DNA of 64,000 bases from Octopus sinensis (Eukaryota), in contig NC_042997.1 in assembly GCF_006345805.1 (NCBI RefSeq), positions 32,488,001-32,552,000 on the forward strand. Direction: 5' to 3'. This document shows, piece after piece, positions 1 through 13,061 of this stretch. The translations under genes and the position numbers were made by a program. How positions within the stretch are numbered: the stretch's first letter is position 1; each line of letters opens with the position of its first letter. The notes under the pieces are model-generated. The model saw only the letters and a program-made list of their open reading frames with translations, made no database searches and was not told the DNA's origin.

Positions 1-11
1 ATTATTATTAA

Positions 12-378
12 GGCAGTGAGCTGGTCAAATCATTAGTGTGCCAGGCAAAATGTTTAATGACATTTTGTCCGTCTTTATGTTCTGAGTACCAGTCAAGTTA
101 TGGAGTTGATGTAACCGACTAACTCCCACCTCCGAAATTGCTGGCCTTGTGCCAAAATTTGAAACTGTTATTATTATTAAAAGGGTGGTGGTTTGGTAGA
201 ATGTTTTGCAGTATTTTGTTGCATTACTTTAACTTCTGAGTTCAAACTCCATCAAGGCTGATTTGGCCTTTTTTTTTTTTTCCAAGGTCAAAAAATAAAG
301 TACTGGATCAGTATAATCAACTAACCCCCTAGCCCCAGATTTGTGGTCTTGTGCCTAAGTTAGAAACAATTGTTATTA
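12..378 (+). mobile_element. Two degenerate tandem copies of tRNA-derived SINE family A
   Basis: Heads ggcagtgagctgg / ggtggtggtttgg, B-box-like gagttcaaac, body aagtaccagtcaag, tail ggccttgtgccaaaatttgaaac followed by (att)n; same layout as the copy at 5815-6044. Confidence 0.8.
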
Positions 379-1079
379 TTAAAAATAAAATATTTTTTCG
401 AATTTTTTTTTTTCCACTTCTAAACAGACCCCCTACTTCCCACCAAAAAACTGACTGTGAACAATATTTTTTTCTTTCTTTTTATGAGAATGTAGGATCC
501 AGGTGGGTGCTATGAAGAAAAAATTGTAAAGTCTTTTTAACAAGTTATTTTATTTTTATTATTAATTTTTTTCTTTGTTGTGTTGTTATATATTGATTGC
601 TTAAAGAAGATGAAGAAGAAAAACCAAAAAATATTAACTACAAAATTGGAAAGGAAGAAAAAAAAAAGTTAAGGTAATATTATTATATTGTGGGAGAAAA
701 CACTGATAAAAGAATAACAACAAAACAAAAAAATAAAACGTGTATATTGCAAAAACAAACAAACAAACAACAAAATGAAACTTTACATTGTTACTTAACG
801 GAAGACATTTTTGTACATACACACATATACCCATGTATATACACATATACAGACATATTGACACATATAAATGTAAAATTTCAGAGGAGATTGGCTAAAC
901 CAGATTTAACAAAAAAAAAAAAAAACAAAAAAAAAAACAAAGAAAGATAAACAAGGATCTGTGGTTAGCCCCTACTCTCCAGCTAAGCAATGCAAAAGGG
1001 CTGAATTTTCTATTCAACTTCATTAAGTGGGTGAGAGGAATATATATATATATACATATATATATATACATATATACAT

Positions 1080-1118
<39 letters not shown>

Positions 1119-1351
1119 ATGTATTCATGTATATATTGCCTAATAGACAGTCACCACTCATCTTATCATGCCCGCCTCCATTTAATGTATTCCTGAAGCT
1201 GTATTGCACTTTTTGGCAGAGAGTGCATGCTGATATTTCAGGCAAATGTTGTTGTTTTTTTTTTAAACATAACCCCCCACCCCCCTCGACACCTACATGC
1301 ATGTGTTTGTATATGCATTACTATATCTCTCTCGATCCATCTTTCTATCAA

Positions 1352-1397
<46 letters not shown>

Positions 1398-1488
1398 CAC
1401 CTTTATAAATGCATACATAGATACACATAGGGATATGTTTATATATGTGTATGTATGTATATATATATATTATGTATGTGTGTGTGTT

Positions 1489-1532
<44 letters not shown>

Positions 1533-2016
1533 TACACAATCATAAAATCCTATTTGGTATGTAATTCTGTATGAATGAGCATTTGAGTGAGTATGTATGT
1601 ATAATTTTTTTTGGTCCCATTCCCCTTTCCTTTATATTCTTAATAAATATGATTTCAGAAATTGTGATCTTGCATAATTCCAATTTTTTTTGTATTATTT
1701 TTTAAAATATTCTTATTATTCTTCTTATTATTATTATTGCTATAATTATTATTATTATTGTTGTTATTGTTATTTAGTTTAATTTTCATATCTTGAACAA
1801 ATTTTCAGAATTTAATTTTAATTTCTTCTTTTTTATAGTTAGTTGGAAGCTGTTATTTCATTGAGAGTGAGGTCTTTTCCAACTAATATTCATATTTGAA
1901 TATGTTATATTTTGTACATATAAATGTATATAAACATTTGAGCATTTGGTCAATAGCAATATCTGTAGATGTTATACACATATACACATATCTATATATA
2001 TATTCCTCCAAGTAAG

Positions 2017-2061
<45 letters not shown>

Positions 2062-2248
2062 GCATATGTGTGTGTGTGAATGGATACATTTGTAAACGAA
2101 CATGTACAAACTTTCATGAGATAAGGCTTGTGGCAAGTTGCAATCTTGTCCCATCAGTATTGCGACCAGCCACATGTGTATGCACATATGTACGTATCTA
2201 TTTGTCTCCCAGTGTATGTATCAATGTATGTCTATTTCTCTCTCTTTC

Positions 2249-2279
<31 letters not shown>

Positions 2280-2339
2280 CGTGTATGTATATATATGTGT
2301 GTGTGTGTGCGTGTATGTATATATATGTATGTATGTATG

Positions 2340-2371
<32 letters not shown>

Positions 2372-2495
2372 TATATATCCCATGTGTGTGTGGATATGAA
2401 TGCGGTCATGAATTTTATACATATATATATATATATGAAATATTTTGCAAATACATCTTTTTATATGTACACACGCTCAAACACACATGCTCTCC

Positions 2496-2540
<45 letters not shown>

Positions 2541-2695
2541 TCATTGTGTCACTAAAAGTGTTTTTCCTGCCTATGTGCATTCGCTGCAGTGCGTAAATGA
2601 ACAGATAAATGCAATACAATGTAGTCACATGGGGAATTGTCAGCTTTGGAAGTCTACTATGTGTACACAAGAATTGTTCTTCTGTTCATATACAC

Positions 2696-2729
<34 letters not shown>

Positions 2730-4259
2730 TGTATGTATACAACGGAAAAGAACAGTTTCTATTGTGGTGGTGTTGATTATGATGTTGTTCAGCCCAAGGT
2801 CAACCAGGATTGCATGGTCGTCTCATCTTTTTCCTATGTACAGAAGCCTCAAGATCACATCATCCAGTGTATACTATTCTCAGACAATGAAGTATAATTT
2901 GAGGGAGATTTGGCCGTTATTTTCAACAGGTTGAGAAATCCTATAAAGGCTCACTCACTCTCTCTGGGTTGGTTTACTTCGTATTTTACATAAATTTCTG
3001 TGTTATATACAGTATGCAAAAGCATAAATCTTTTACTGTAAAGCATTTCCATTTTTTCACTCCTTTTTTTTAAAAATTTTTATTTCCCTCTAAGTTTAGC
3101 GGGAAATCATAAGGAAAGAAAGAAGGGAAGGAATAGAGAATGGACAATGAAGATAGGAACAAAGAAATGCCCCTTATTTAAGATCCCCCCCCCCCGTATT
3201 TTCCTTTCTGATTGACTTCCTTTTTATTGCCTACCCTCGTCCTCCATATATTAATCGTTTTGACTATTTATTATCCTCCCACCTATGTTAAAAGCCTTTT
3301 CCTTTACTAGCTCCCTTCCTTTAGGAAACCCTTATATACCTCCTCCTCCTCTCCTCCTATGAAACTCTTAACTGCCCCCTTTTCTCACTACATTTGCTAT
3401 TAAGCCCTTTGCTACTCTCCTTGCTCTACCTGTAATGAATCCCTTAATGCCCTCTTTTTTTCATGAAACTTTTTACAAGCTTCTCTTCCCCTTCTTGCAT
3501 GAAACCGGCAGCTACGCGCCTCCCAATCTCTTCTTCATACCTACTCCCACCCCCCGGAAGCCCTTGTCCACAACATCTTTACCCTTCACAGCTTCCTAAT
3601 ATATTCTAGCTTCATCCTACCCCCCACCACCATCACCATCCATCACCAATCTCTCCTTTTTTTCCCCTCCTATATTCATTTACAACAATGCATTTCTGTG
3701 ATGTCTTCATTTTTGGCTTTGTCATTGTTTGTTTGTTTTAGAAGTAAGCGGATATGATTCTTTTCTCTCTCTTTCCCTTTTTTTTTCAACTGTTTATCAT
3801 TCTGATGTAATCTCTCTCTCTCTCTCTCTCTCAACAAATATTGACAAGAACTGAAGAAAAACATTAGATCAAATATACGAATGACTCATGTCTGATATAC
3901 ATCAATAAAAGTAAAGATATCGAATGATAAAACATATGAAATGGAATAATTTTTAAAAAATTCATCATCATCATCATTATCATGTACAGAATTCTAAAAG
4001 AAGACTTCAATTTTTTGAGTTTTTTTAAAAAATTTTTGCAAGTAGACTGAATTTCTCATGTTAAAACTGTCTGCAAGTTTGTATAGGTTGATTGCATTAA
4101 ATGAAGTCCACTAATGTCCAGGTACTATTAATAAACCCAATTTAGAAACATAAGGCAAATGTTGGGTTTTTTTGCCCCTACTTTTTCCCCTCTCCATTAT
4201 CTTTGATTCAGATTTTCAAAATCATATTTTGTGTGGAAAATTCAATATTATTATTAATA

Positions 4260-4294
<35 letters not shown>

Positions 4295-4296
<2 letters not shown>

Positions 4297-4520
4297 AAGA
4301 GCAGTTGATTGGCAGAATCATTTGAGAGTTGAAAAATACCTTTTAGTATTTCTCTTGGTTCTTTACATTCTAAGTTCAAACCCATTCAAGCTCAACTTTA
4401 CTTTCCATTCCTCTAGGGTAAACAAAATAAAGTACCATTCAAGTACTGGAATTGATGGTATCAACTAACACTTCCCATCAAAATTGCTGGTCTCATACCT
4501 AAATTAGAAGCTGTTGTTAT
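4295..4520 (+). mobile_element. Degenerate SINE family A copy
   Basis: ttggcagaatc head, aagttcaaac B-box, aaataaagtacca body, ctaaattagaa tail; lies directly after an (att)n run. Confidence 0.7.
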
Positions 4521-4938
4521 TATATTTTACTTCTCAGAGCTCTCGATCTTACTTGCTCTGGTTAACTCTGTGAGAGCAGACAGCGACCTATAGTCAAAGG
4601 TCTCACAGGCTCTCTTTCCACAAATTATAAGACTTGGTACCTAGACACTAAGTATTGTGGAAGATACTTAACACCTAAATACCAAACTCAAAATCCTCAC
4701 TGTCCCCAATAGTCAGATTTTTTGAGCATACTCTACCCTCATGTCAATTCTGATTTCTCTGATATATTTCTTAAACTTCATTGTTAGTACTCCAAGTTCC
4801 CCCTACAACTACTAGGATTACAGCTACTGTCTTCATTGCTGACATTCTTGCAATTTCATCTTTTAGCAACTTGCATTTTTCCATCTTTTCCAGCTCTTTG
4901 TCACCAACATGTGCATCTCCAGATATGACAATTTTTTC
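4520..4938 (-). mobile_element. 3' end of an RLE-type non-LTR retrotransposon (R4/HERO/NeSL-like) restriction-like endonuclease, pseudogenised
   Basis: Minus strand reads VISGDAHVGDKELEKMEKCKLLKDEIARMSAMKTVAVILVVVG, then after a frameshift ELGVLTMKFKKYIREIRIDMRVEYAQKI*LLGTVRILSLVFRC* (stop 4670-4668). This matches the D..IPGD..V..KE.EK..KY..L..EI..MW....V.P.VVG.LG.....Q...LLGTARIL pattern of RLE C-termini. Confidence 0.75.
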
Positions 4939-4939
4939 A

Positions 4940-5355
4940 CCATCATCATCATCATCGTTTAACATCCATTTTCCATGCTGGCATAGGTTGGACGGTCTGA
5001 CTGAGGTCTGGAAAACCAGTGGCTGCACCAGGCTCCAGTCTGATCTGGCAATGTTTCTACAGCTGGATGCTCTTCCTAACTCTAACCACTTTGAGGGTGT
5101 AGTAGATGCTTTTTCCTTGCCACCAGCACAGGAGCCAGTCGGGCAGGCTTGGCATTGATTACTTTTGGATAGTGTTTTTTACATGCCACTGGCATGGGAG
5201 CCAGTCAGAGGTCACTGGCACTGGCCACATTCGGACGGTGCTTTTTACATGCCATCGGCACAGGAGCCAATCAGGCAGCCCTGGCATCATTCACATTCAG
5301 ATAGTACTTTTTACGTGCCACCGGCACAGGAGCCAGTCAGGGAGCACTGGCATTA
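4940..5355 (-). mobile_element. RTE-clade LINE 3' UTR/tail with internal ~60 bp tandem units
   Basis: Reverse complement of the recurring tail ...ccaacccatgctagcatggaaagcggacgttaaacgatgatgatg, preceded by units containing cacaggagccagtcag. Confidence 0.75.
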
Positions 5356-5369
5356 TTATTATGATTTAA

Positions 5370-6170
5370 GGCAGCAAGCAAACAGAATCAATCCCGCACC
5401 ATACAAAATGCTTTGTGGCATCCTATCTGTCTTTACATTCTGAGTTCAAATGCTGCCAAGGTTGACTTCATCTTTCGTCCATTCAAGGTCAATAAAATAA
5501 AAAACCAGTCAAGTACTGGGGCTTGATGAAATTGACTAGCCACCACTACCAAAATTTCAGGTAGAAAGGATTATTATTATTATTATCATATTTAAGGCAG
5601 TGAGCTGGCAGAATCGTTAGCATGCTCAGCAAAATGCTTAGCAGTATTTCACCTGTCTTTATGTTCTGAGTTCAAATTACACCAAGGTCGACTTTGCTTT
5701 TCATCCTTTCAGGGTCAATAAATTAAGTACAGTCAAGTATTGGGGACAATGTGTTCAACTTACCCAAAAATTCCAGCCCTTGTGCCTATTGTAGAAAGGA
5801 TTATTATTATTAAAGGTGGTGAGCTGGCAGAAACGTTAGCACTCCGGGCAAAATGCTTAGCAGTATTTCGTCTGTTTTTACATTCTGAGTTCAAATTCTG
5901 CCAAGGTCGACTTTGCCTTTCATCCTTTTGGGGTCGATAAATTAAGTACCAGTTGTGTACTGGGGTCGATCTAATTGACTGGCCCACCTCCCCAAAAATT
6001 TCAAGCCTTGTGCCTAGAGTAGAAAACTATTATTATTATTATTATGTTCAAATACTGCTGAAGCCAACTTTTTCCTTTCATCTTTCCACTCTTCTACTAG
6101 GGCTGATAATATCAACTGACTCAACACTCTTTCCCACAAATTTGTAGCCTTGTGCCTATGTTACAAATCA
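5370..6170 (+). mobile_element. Head-to-tail array of 3 full plus 1 partial SINE family A copies (best copy 5815-6044)
   Basis: Each unit has an A-box-like gagctggcagaaacgttagc, B-box gagttcaaattc, body gactttgcctttcatcctt...aagtaccag, and a 3' ccttgtgcctagagtagaaa(att)n tail. Units start at 5370, 5596 and 5815. Confidence 0.9.
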
Positions 6171-6314
6171 TGACTGCTCTGTTTATGTTCTGGATTCGGA
6201 AGAGGGTGTTGAATGAACAAAATCTGGAACTCCAAACAAAATGCCTTGTGTTATCTGGTTACCATATTTTCCAGCATACAAGTAGTCATAGTACATAGTG
6301 TAAACATTCAAACA

Positions 6315-6666
6315 TCTTTCCAAATCCTGATGCATTTACATGGAATTTTTGGTCCTCCAGAGTCATTTTGGTGTATATGTCAACCTATCTTTTTTTTTGG
6401 CTGTTAAGTTTGGTCTGAAAAGTTCAACTTGTATGCCAGAAAATATGGTCTGTCTCATATCCTGAGTTCAGTCCTCAACTAGGTTCATTCTTTCCAAATC
6501 CTGATGCATTTTACATGGAATTTTTGGTCCTCCAGAGTCATTTTGGTGTATATATATCAACCTACCTTTTTATTTTTGGCTGTTAAGTTTGGTCTGAAAA
6601 GTTCTACTTATATGCCAGAAAATATGGTCTGTCTCATATCTTGAGTTCAGTCCTCAACTAGGTTCA
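6315..6666. repeat. Direct tandem duplication, 2 x ~175 bp
   Basis: tctttccaaatcctgatgcattt...cctcaactaggttca occurs at 6315-6487 and 6489-6666 with a few substitutions and indels. Confidence 0.95.
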
Positions 6667-6779
6667 CTTTGCTTGTTATCCTTCCAGCATCAGTCAAGTA
6701 AATATTGTTGCCAAATGAATTCGTTACATGCCCCACTAATTGTTGTGAACTTATGTCTATCTTATTAGAAGAATTGTTT

Positions 6780-7230
6780 AGTGTGGCAGACACAATGTGT
6801 TGCAATGCTTAGTTTCTGTTCTTTACATCCTAAGTTCAAGCCCCACAAATATCAACTTTGCCTTTCATCTTTTCAGATTCATTAAAATAAAATACCAGTC
6901 AACCACTGGAATCGGTGTAATTGACTTACTCCTCCAATTTTCAGGTCATCTGTCTATATAAGAAACAGTTATTATAATCATCATCATTATACAAGGGCAG
7001 GAGAATGACAAAATCATAAGGGTGCAGAACAATATACCTTGCAGTATTTATTCTGGCTCTTTACATTCTGGTTTCATATCCCACTGAAATCATCATTGCC
7101 TCTCATTTCTCAGGGCTCAAAAAAGCAAATTACCGATCAAGTACTGGGGACAATGTTAGCTGATGCCATATTGACTAACCCTGTCTCCACAAAATTGCTG
7201 GGCTTGTGCCTAAATTAGAAAACAATCATT
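6780..7230 (+). mobile_element. Two old degenerate SINE family A copies
   Basis: Remnant motifs aagttcaag, aactttgcctttcatc, aagtactgggg, cttgtgcctaaattagaa. Confidence 0.6.
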
Positions 7231-7486
7231 ACTTTTAGCAAACCAGTAAAGCAAAAGAACTAATAATGTTAGACTAAATAATTTACTGCTTTGATTTTTT
7301 TGTAAAGTTAATTAGAGGAAGAAAGCAATTCTCAAAACTTACCTTGTTTTCAGGGTGTTGAAAATTGGTAAAGTTTAAAAGAAGAAAAAAAAATCTTAAC
7401 TCATGAGTTAATCTCAGATTGGAAACCTTGTCCAATCACTTTGTGACAAGGATGTCTCTATTAATGGGACTCAAGACGGTAGTGTT

Positions 7487-7725
7487 ATCATCATCAACGT
7501 CCGCTTTCCATGCTAGCATGGGTTGGACGATTTGACTGAGGTCTGGCGAACCAGATGGCTGCACCAGACTCTAATCTGATCTGGCAGAGTTTCTACAGCT
7601 GGATGCCCTTCCTAATGCCAACCACTCCGAGAGTGTAGTGGGTGCTTTTACGTACCACTGGCACGACGGCCAGTCAGGCAGTACTGGCAACGGACTGGCC
7701 CTCGTGCCGGTGGCATGTCTAAATT
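7487..7725 (-). mobile_element. RTE-clade LINE 3' tail
   Basis: catcatcaacgtccgctttccatgctagcatgggttggacg...gtgtagtgggtgctttttacg; same family as 21320-21530. Confidence 0.85.
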
Positions 7726-8380
7726 CAACATTTGTTTTCCATGCATCTGCCAAGTATTGAGATCAATTAAACTTGACTATTTTTCCATCCACTCCAAATT
7801 TGTGATTTTGTGCCTATCTTAGAAACCATTGTATTTTTGTTATTGTTTTTTTTTTAACCCAAACAAGTCTTACTTTTCCATTCTTATTTTTAAATTACAT
7901 TCTACTTTATCTGTGTATTTTTCAGGATTACCATTTTTTCAATCTGAATTTAAAACACTATCTTTTTCTTTCATATGCTGTCTGTAGCTGCTCAACATAT
8001 GTTAATACATAGCAAACTAAAGAATTTCTTACTACCTTATGTCTGAGTCTGGAGACTTTGACCACTGCTATAGTTAATATCTTGGATACACACACACACA
8101 CACATGTATGTATGTATGTATGTAAGCCAAGCATCCAGCCCATTCCAGTTTAGAAAGCAGACATAAAACAATGATGATACATGCATATATGTGCATTGCG
8201 TTTTTTATTAAAACAGTATGTCTAAAAGGCTATTTGTTGAACTCACTGTTATGTGCATGTGTGTGTGTCATCGTTTCATATTTTCCAAGGTGAGTAAAAT
8301 ACGTATTAGGGCAAGCCAGCTATTGATAGACCTTGTTGGGGATTGCACAACCTGTTAAAATTAGCAGCCAAACGTCTACC

Positions 8381-8608
8381 TTAACCCTTTAGCATTTAAA
8401 CCAGCCATATCCGGCCAAAAGTATTCTGCCTGTTTTATGTTCAAACTGGCCAGATCTGGTCTCTCACACCAACCCTACAATACATTTTAAAAATTAACAG
8501 CTACCTCATCAAAATCTCATAGCTACAAGATAATGTGTGATTAGTTCAAAACAATGTGGATGAAAAAGCATTAATTTTGGCAGAATAATGTGAACACTAA
8601 AGGGTTAA
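8381..8608. mobile_element. piggyBac-type MITE with TTAA target-site duplication
   Basis: TTAA-CCCTTTAG at 8381 and CTAAAGGG-TTAA ending at 8608; ~220 bp non-coding interior. Confidence 0.85.
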
Positions 8609-10196
8609 AAGTTGAAAGGCACATTGATTAATGTAGTATGAGAACATGACAGAATGATTGGAGATGGACTATTTGTTGTTTGTATGTCTACTTATTTAGG
8701 ACCAACTCCTTATTCGGGACCAACCTGTGGCTAAACAACAGTAACAACTTAAGTATTGGGGCAGGTTCAGTAATATCTTAACATCTTAAGTAATGGGGCA
8801 CTAGAAATCAAGTGCTCCAGCATAGCCACAATCCAATGGCTGAAGCCAGTGATTTGACATTTGAAATTGAGTTAATATTTTGGCTACCTACCAATTTGTT
8901 TCTCATTTTTAGCTAAACTGGGTGAATCTTTTTGCAGTATGTGTATGTTTGATTATGATTCTTGCTCACAGCTAAGAGTAATGTAGCCATTCATTGCTAT
9001 ATTTGGCCAAGAATACAGCATAGTGTTGATAACAAGATAGAAGCCGCTGACCCTTTGACCAATTGTCTAGAACTCAATGAACTCTGCCATCTGCATCTTC
9101 TCATATGTTAATATATCATTAAATCAGCATCCTTTAGATTATAGATTGTTTGATTCTGTGTTTTGCAGAAATAGTTTTGAATATTTATTTAAAGAAAATG
9201 AAATTGAATGAAGAATCTTGTACTAAAATTATTTTCCAACTTCTGTTCTTTATATTCTGTGTATTGGTGGCTTTTACGGTCAAAACAATAATTATTCACG
9301 TTTTGGCATTGATTACATTATGTGCTATGCATACACACATGTAACCTCACTGTCTCGCACTCTTTTAGACAAACAGATACATATACACATATATGTGTCT
9401 GTAAATGTGCTTGTGTGTGTATATCTTTATATATAAGTTAAGGTGTCTTTAGTCTGAATAAAAACTTTGGCCACATAATACAAAGTAAAATGTAGAATTC
9501 ATTTAAAAAGAATGGATGAAGCCAGCTGTTCATTGACAGCTTCAATGTATTTTTTCTTTCATATATATATATATGTATATATATATGTATGTATGTATAT
9601 ATGTATGTATGTATGAACAAAGTAAAGAGTAATCAGTATGTTGAGATCATTGTCATCCTATACATGTGTGTGTGTGCATACATTCATACACACCTACATG
9701 CTCAAACATATGCACCACAGATGGAGATTGTATTTTCTGGAGGCTAATAATGGTTAAGGTAACACCATTCAGTATACCAAGTGTATGAAGTAACATATAA
9801 GGTGCCAATCATATGACAAAATAGTTTGAGAAAAAGGTTTTCTACTCAGAGATGAACAGCTAAACTCTGCATCAACCATGCAGGGTGTTACATACTTTAT
9901 GCTCTGTATGCCTGGATGATCCAAAACAAATTTACAATCCCTACATCGAAGTTAAAATACAGCACTGTTAATGTTGTTTTATCTTGATTTGACTCACTTC
10001 ATACAAACGTTTTTATGCTGTAACTCTCAACAGCTGTTCATATCACATCCATAATTTCTTTTGAAGAGGTAAAAAAATGAAGGTGTGGTATTGCAATAAT
10101 CCCTAAGAAGTTGCTTTCTAGCTTGACAAATATCTACAAACTCTTTTTATATTTTGCATATGATGGTTGAAGTGTGTAACTTTCAGCCGCAGAAAA

Positions 10197-10559
10197 ATTC
10201 TATCAACTATGTTGCATATATGAAAATGGTGTCTTTTAGCAATTTCCCTGATGAATTCCATGACTTCCTCAGTTTTCTCCCTCCAATATCTAAAGTGACC
10301 TCATGTATTTAAACAAACACCACAAAAATAACTTATAAATTTCTTGATGATAACTTGAAACGATTCTCTATGTTCTGAACTATCGATAAACCCAGTCACA
10401 GTACTGGCAATATTAACTTGTTTTAACAGGTATTATCAAATTAGACAATATCAAATTAATGTATCCAGCTGATAGTAATAACAGTCAAATTTTTCTTCAA
10501 AATATTACTTAGTGGAAATTCTCTTGATTCTTCAAAATATATCAATCTTTGCAACTGCA
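10197..10559. repeat. Dispersed direct duplication, copy 1 (copy 2 at 13979-14344)
   Basis: attctatcaactatgttgc...aatcttt(g/a)caactgca is present twice; differences are a 3 bp indel and scattered substitutions. Confidence 0.95.
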
Positions 10560-11862
10560 AAGAAAAAAAAAACATAAATGAATAAATTTCTCTTGTAATT
10601 TCTTTTCTCTCATCACAAGACTCTATGGCACATGTCCAAATTCTGAAACACACTTGTTCCAATTTCACAAAAGAAAGTCTTTAACATAAAAAAAACACAA
10701 ACATGATATATGAAAAATTGACTGAGATCTTAGAATGAAAAGAAAACTACGAAAAACAAGTCCAAAACAAAACTTTGTGCTAAAAATATTGTTGAAAAAT
10801 AGAGGGAATATTTCACTGTGGAAATCAAAAACTGCTGAAGTTCAGCCATGAAACCTTTTGCTTTCTGTAATTAAATCCTTAACAAAAAGACTGCTCCATT
10901 CACAATATATGAATCAACACTTGCCAACAATTTTTACTCTTTTTTTTAATTGACAAAGTAAAAAATATCTCTAATTTCTATTTTCCTATTCTATATGATG
11001 AAATCATCTTTGGTGGTGGTTCTCCCCATTCCAACAAATAAGCAAGAATAAAGGGACATTTTCTGTATTCTGTATTTAAGATTATTGGCAGGTGATAACT
11101 TTAAACTTTGCATTTTTAAAAATCTCTTACGCATTCTCATCTATGTAAAAATTATCAAATCCTACTGGTGATTCTGCACTAAAGAAGATGGGATACAAAA
11201 GAAATAAGGCTGTTAACTTATAAAGTACTCTACACTCAGTCAATAACATATTCTTGGACAAAAAATTGTGGATTGATGCATCAGCCAAATTTCCCTATAA
11301 GACGGAAAGCTTCAGCTTATAACTCTTATTATTCAATAAAAAGAATGTGTGAGCTTTGAAATTCTGCCAATCACTTGTGTGCTCTTTTCATCAGCAAATT
11401 CATTGGAAAGGCTATATTTTGTCTGCCTGCTAATTATTTCATATACAACACCTTGTATTCTTTGAGCTAATCAGTGTTCAAGAGGCAGTGTATCACCAGA
11501 TTCTTCTGTTTACATTGTGTAGCAATAGTCACAGGAATACTAGCAACAGTTTTTACTTACATGTCCTGCTGATAGATCCATTGGCAGTATTTGTTAAAAT
11601 AGACTATGGTATTCTTTTGGAAGTCTTGCACCATCCAGGTGTCTCATGCATTAGTGTACTGTCGTTTGCCCCATATAAAAAATTGCTCAAATGCAAGTAA
11701 TTAAGTGATAAGCAAAATACTCCGAAGCACAGTACTAAGTCCTTTCTTATTCAACATAGACATTTCACAATTTGTAACTTACTCTGACAGTAATCTTGGT
11801 TTCAGTACTTATAATAGCAGGTGACTATCAAGTCACTCTACATGAGCCCCTGGTTACATTAA
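10456..11862 (-). pseudogene. Candidate multi-exon gene or pseudogene of unknown identity (exons ~11783-11862, 11561-11658, 11131-11178, 10456-10678/10642)
   Basis: GTAAG donors at 11782, 11560 and 11130; a strong pyrimidine-rich acceptor before 11178. Intron phases are compatible and give ...WMVQDFQKNTIVYFNKYCQWIYQQD|IAESPVGFDNFYIDENA|... There are in-frame stops in the two upstream exons. No homologue was recognised. Confidence 0.25.
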
Positions 11863-13011
11863 CTAAATACATGTTTTGATGTTATATAGCTCAGGTAAGC
11901 TCTGACTGAGCAGAACTAGGATCAAAGTGTTCTAACTGCAATTGTCTCTCTTCTTTAAATATCCAGGACCAAATTATCCGATGCATCTATTTTTTTTTTC
12001 TTAAACATGGTAGGTATGATTTGAGGAATATTTAGCTGTTATTTCTAGTTATCAAGTGACTACATACCAGCTCTTTCACTGGAAACAGATGATGTGTTGT
12101 TACTGCTACTGACCATTGATCAAACTAAAATTTATTATCTCTGTGATTTGAAAACTCAGCTCTTATAATTTTCTGTTCTTGGTCTGCTCTAAAAAAAAAA
12201 AGCTGGAAGATTAAAATACTCAAAAACTATTGTGCTTGTACTATAATTAAAATCCTCTTCAACATAAGTATGTGCTCCATATTGCCCTGACTATATTTGT
12301 TCTCTATACCAAAGCATATATATTTCAAAAGTTTCGCTCATAATTTACAAAAGTAACTCATAAGCTTCATAAATGACTGATCTTTTCCAATTCAACTTCA
12401 TTAAATTGCTTGAAATTTTATCTGGCACCAATCAGTGATGGGGGAACAGGTATACAGAAAGGAAATATGGATCATATTGTCATAAAGCCAGCAGAAAATC
12501 TTAGACATTTAAAAAGAAGAAAGAACTTTTTTTCTTATTTTTCCAAAGCTTTCAAAGTATTATTTTCTAAACTTAATATACACTTAGCTCATTGCACACC
12601 TGTCCGCTATCACTAAACCAATATCAGGTTAGTAAACAGAGCAGTCATTTTTATACAATCTATTTCATCTTCACCGTCATTGTTGACATCATCATCATCA
12701 TCATCATAAACAACATAATTTCTGGACTTAATATTTGTGACAGAATTAGTTGCACATATCGTAATAAGTAATCGTCAAAATTCTTCAGTTTAAGAAAGAA
12801 TATAAACCAGATAGATTTTGAAAACCATTTTGTTGTTGTTTAACCCCAAAGTGAGCAGATCTATGATCAAAGGTGTTACAGCTATAACATTTTTATTTTC
12901 TTAAGTATATCTAAGACTACATTATCCATTTTAAATTTTACAATAAATATGTATTTTACTAGAAGGTATTGAGTAATCTTTCAGTATATGTTAAACTGTT
13001 TTCATATAAAG

Positions 13012-13060
<49 letters not shown>

Positions 13061-13061
<1 letters not shown>

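Noticed and set aside
634-960. Lys/Asn-rich ORF 690-950
   Set aside because: It is a low-complexity A-rich tract with homopolymer runs and no coding signal.
9840-10554. Long minus-strand frame with protein-like pieces (e.g. LRCRDCKFVLDHPGIQ)
   Set aside because: About 13 stops in ~235 codons is close to what AT-rich random DNA gives, and no family motif was recognised.
11131-11658. Resemblance of VYFNKY...GFDN...DEN to olfactomedin domains
   Set aside because: Motif spacing does not fit (about a dozen residues missing) and GLWVIY is absent; probably coincidental.
12640-12790. Minus-strand hydrophobic plus Asp-rich peptide (LLITICATN...DDDDDD)
   Set aside because: No start codon, preceded by a stop, and the Asp run is a common (GAT)n microsatellite.
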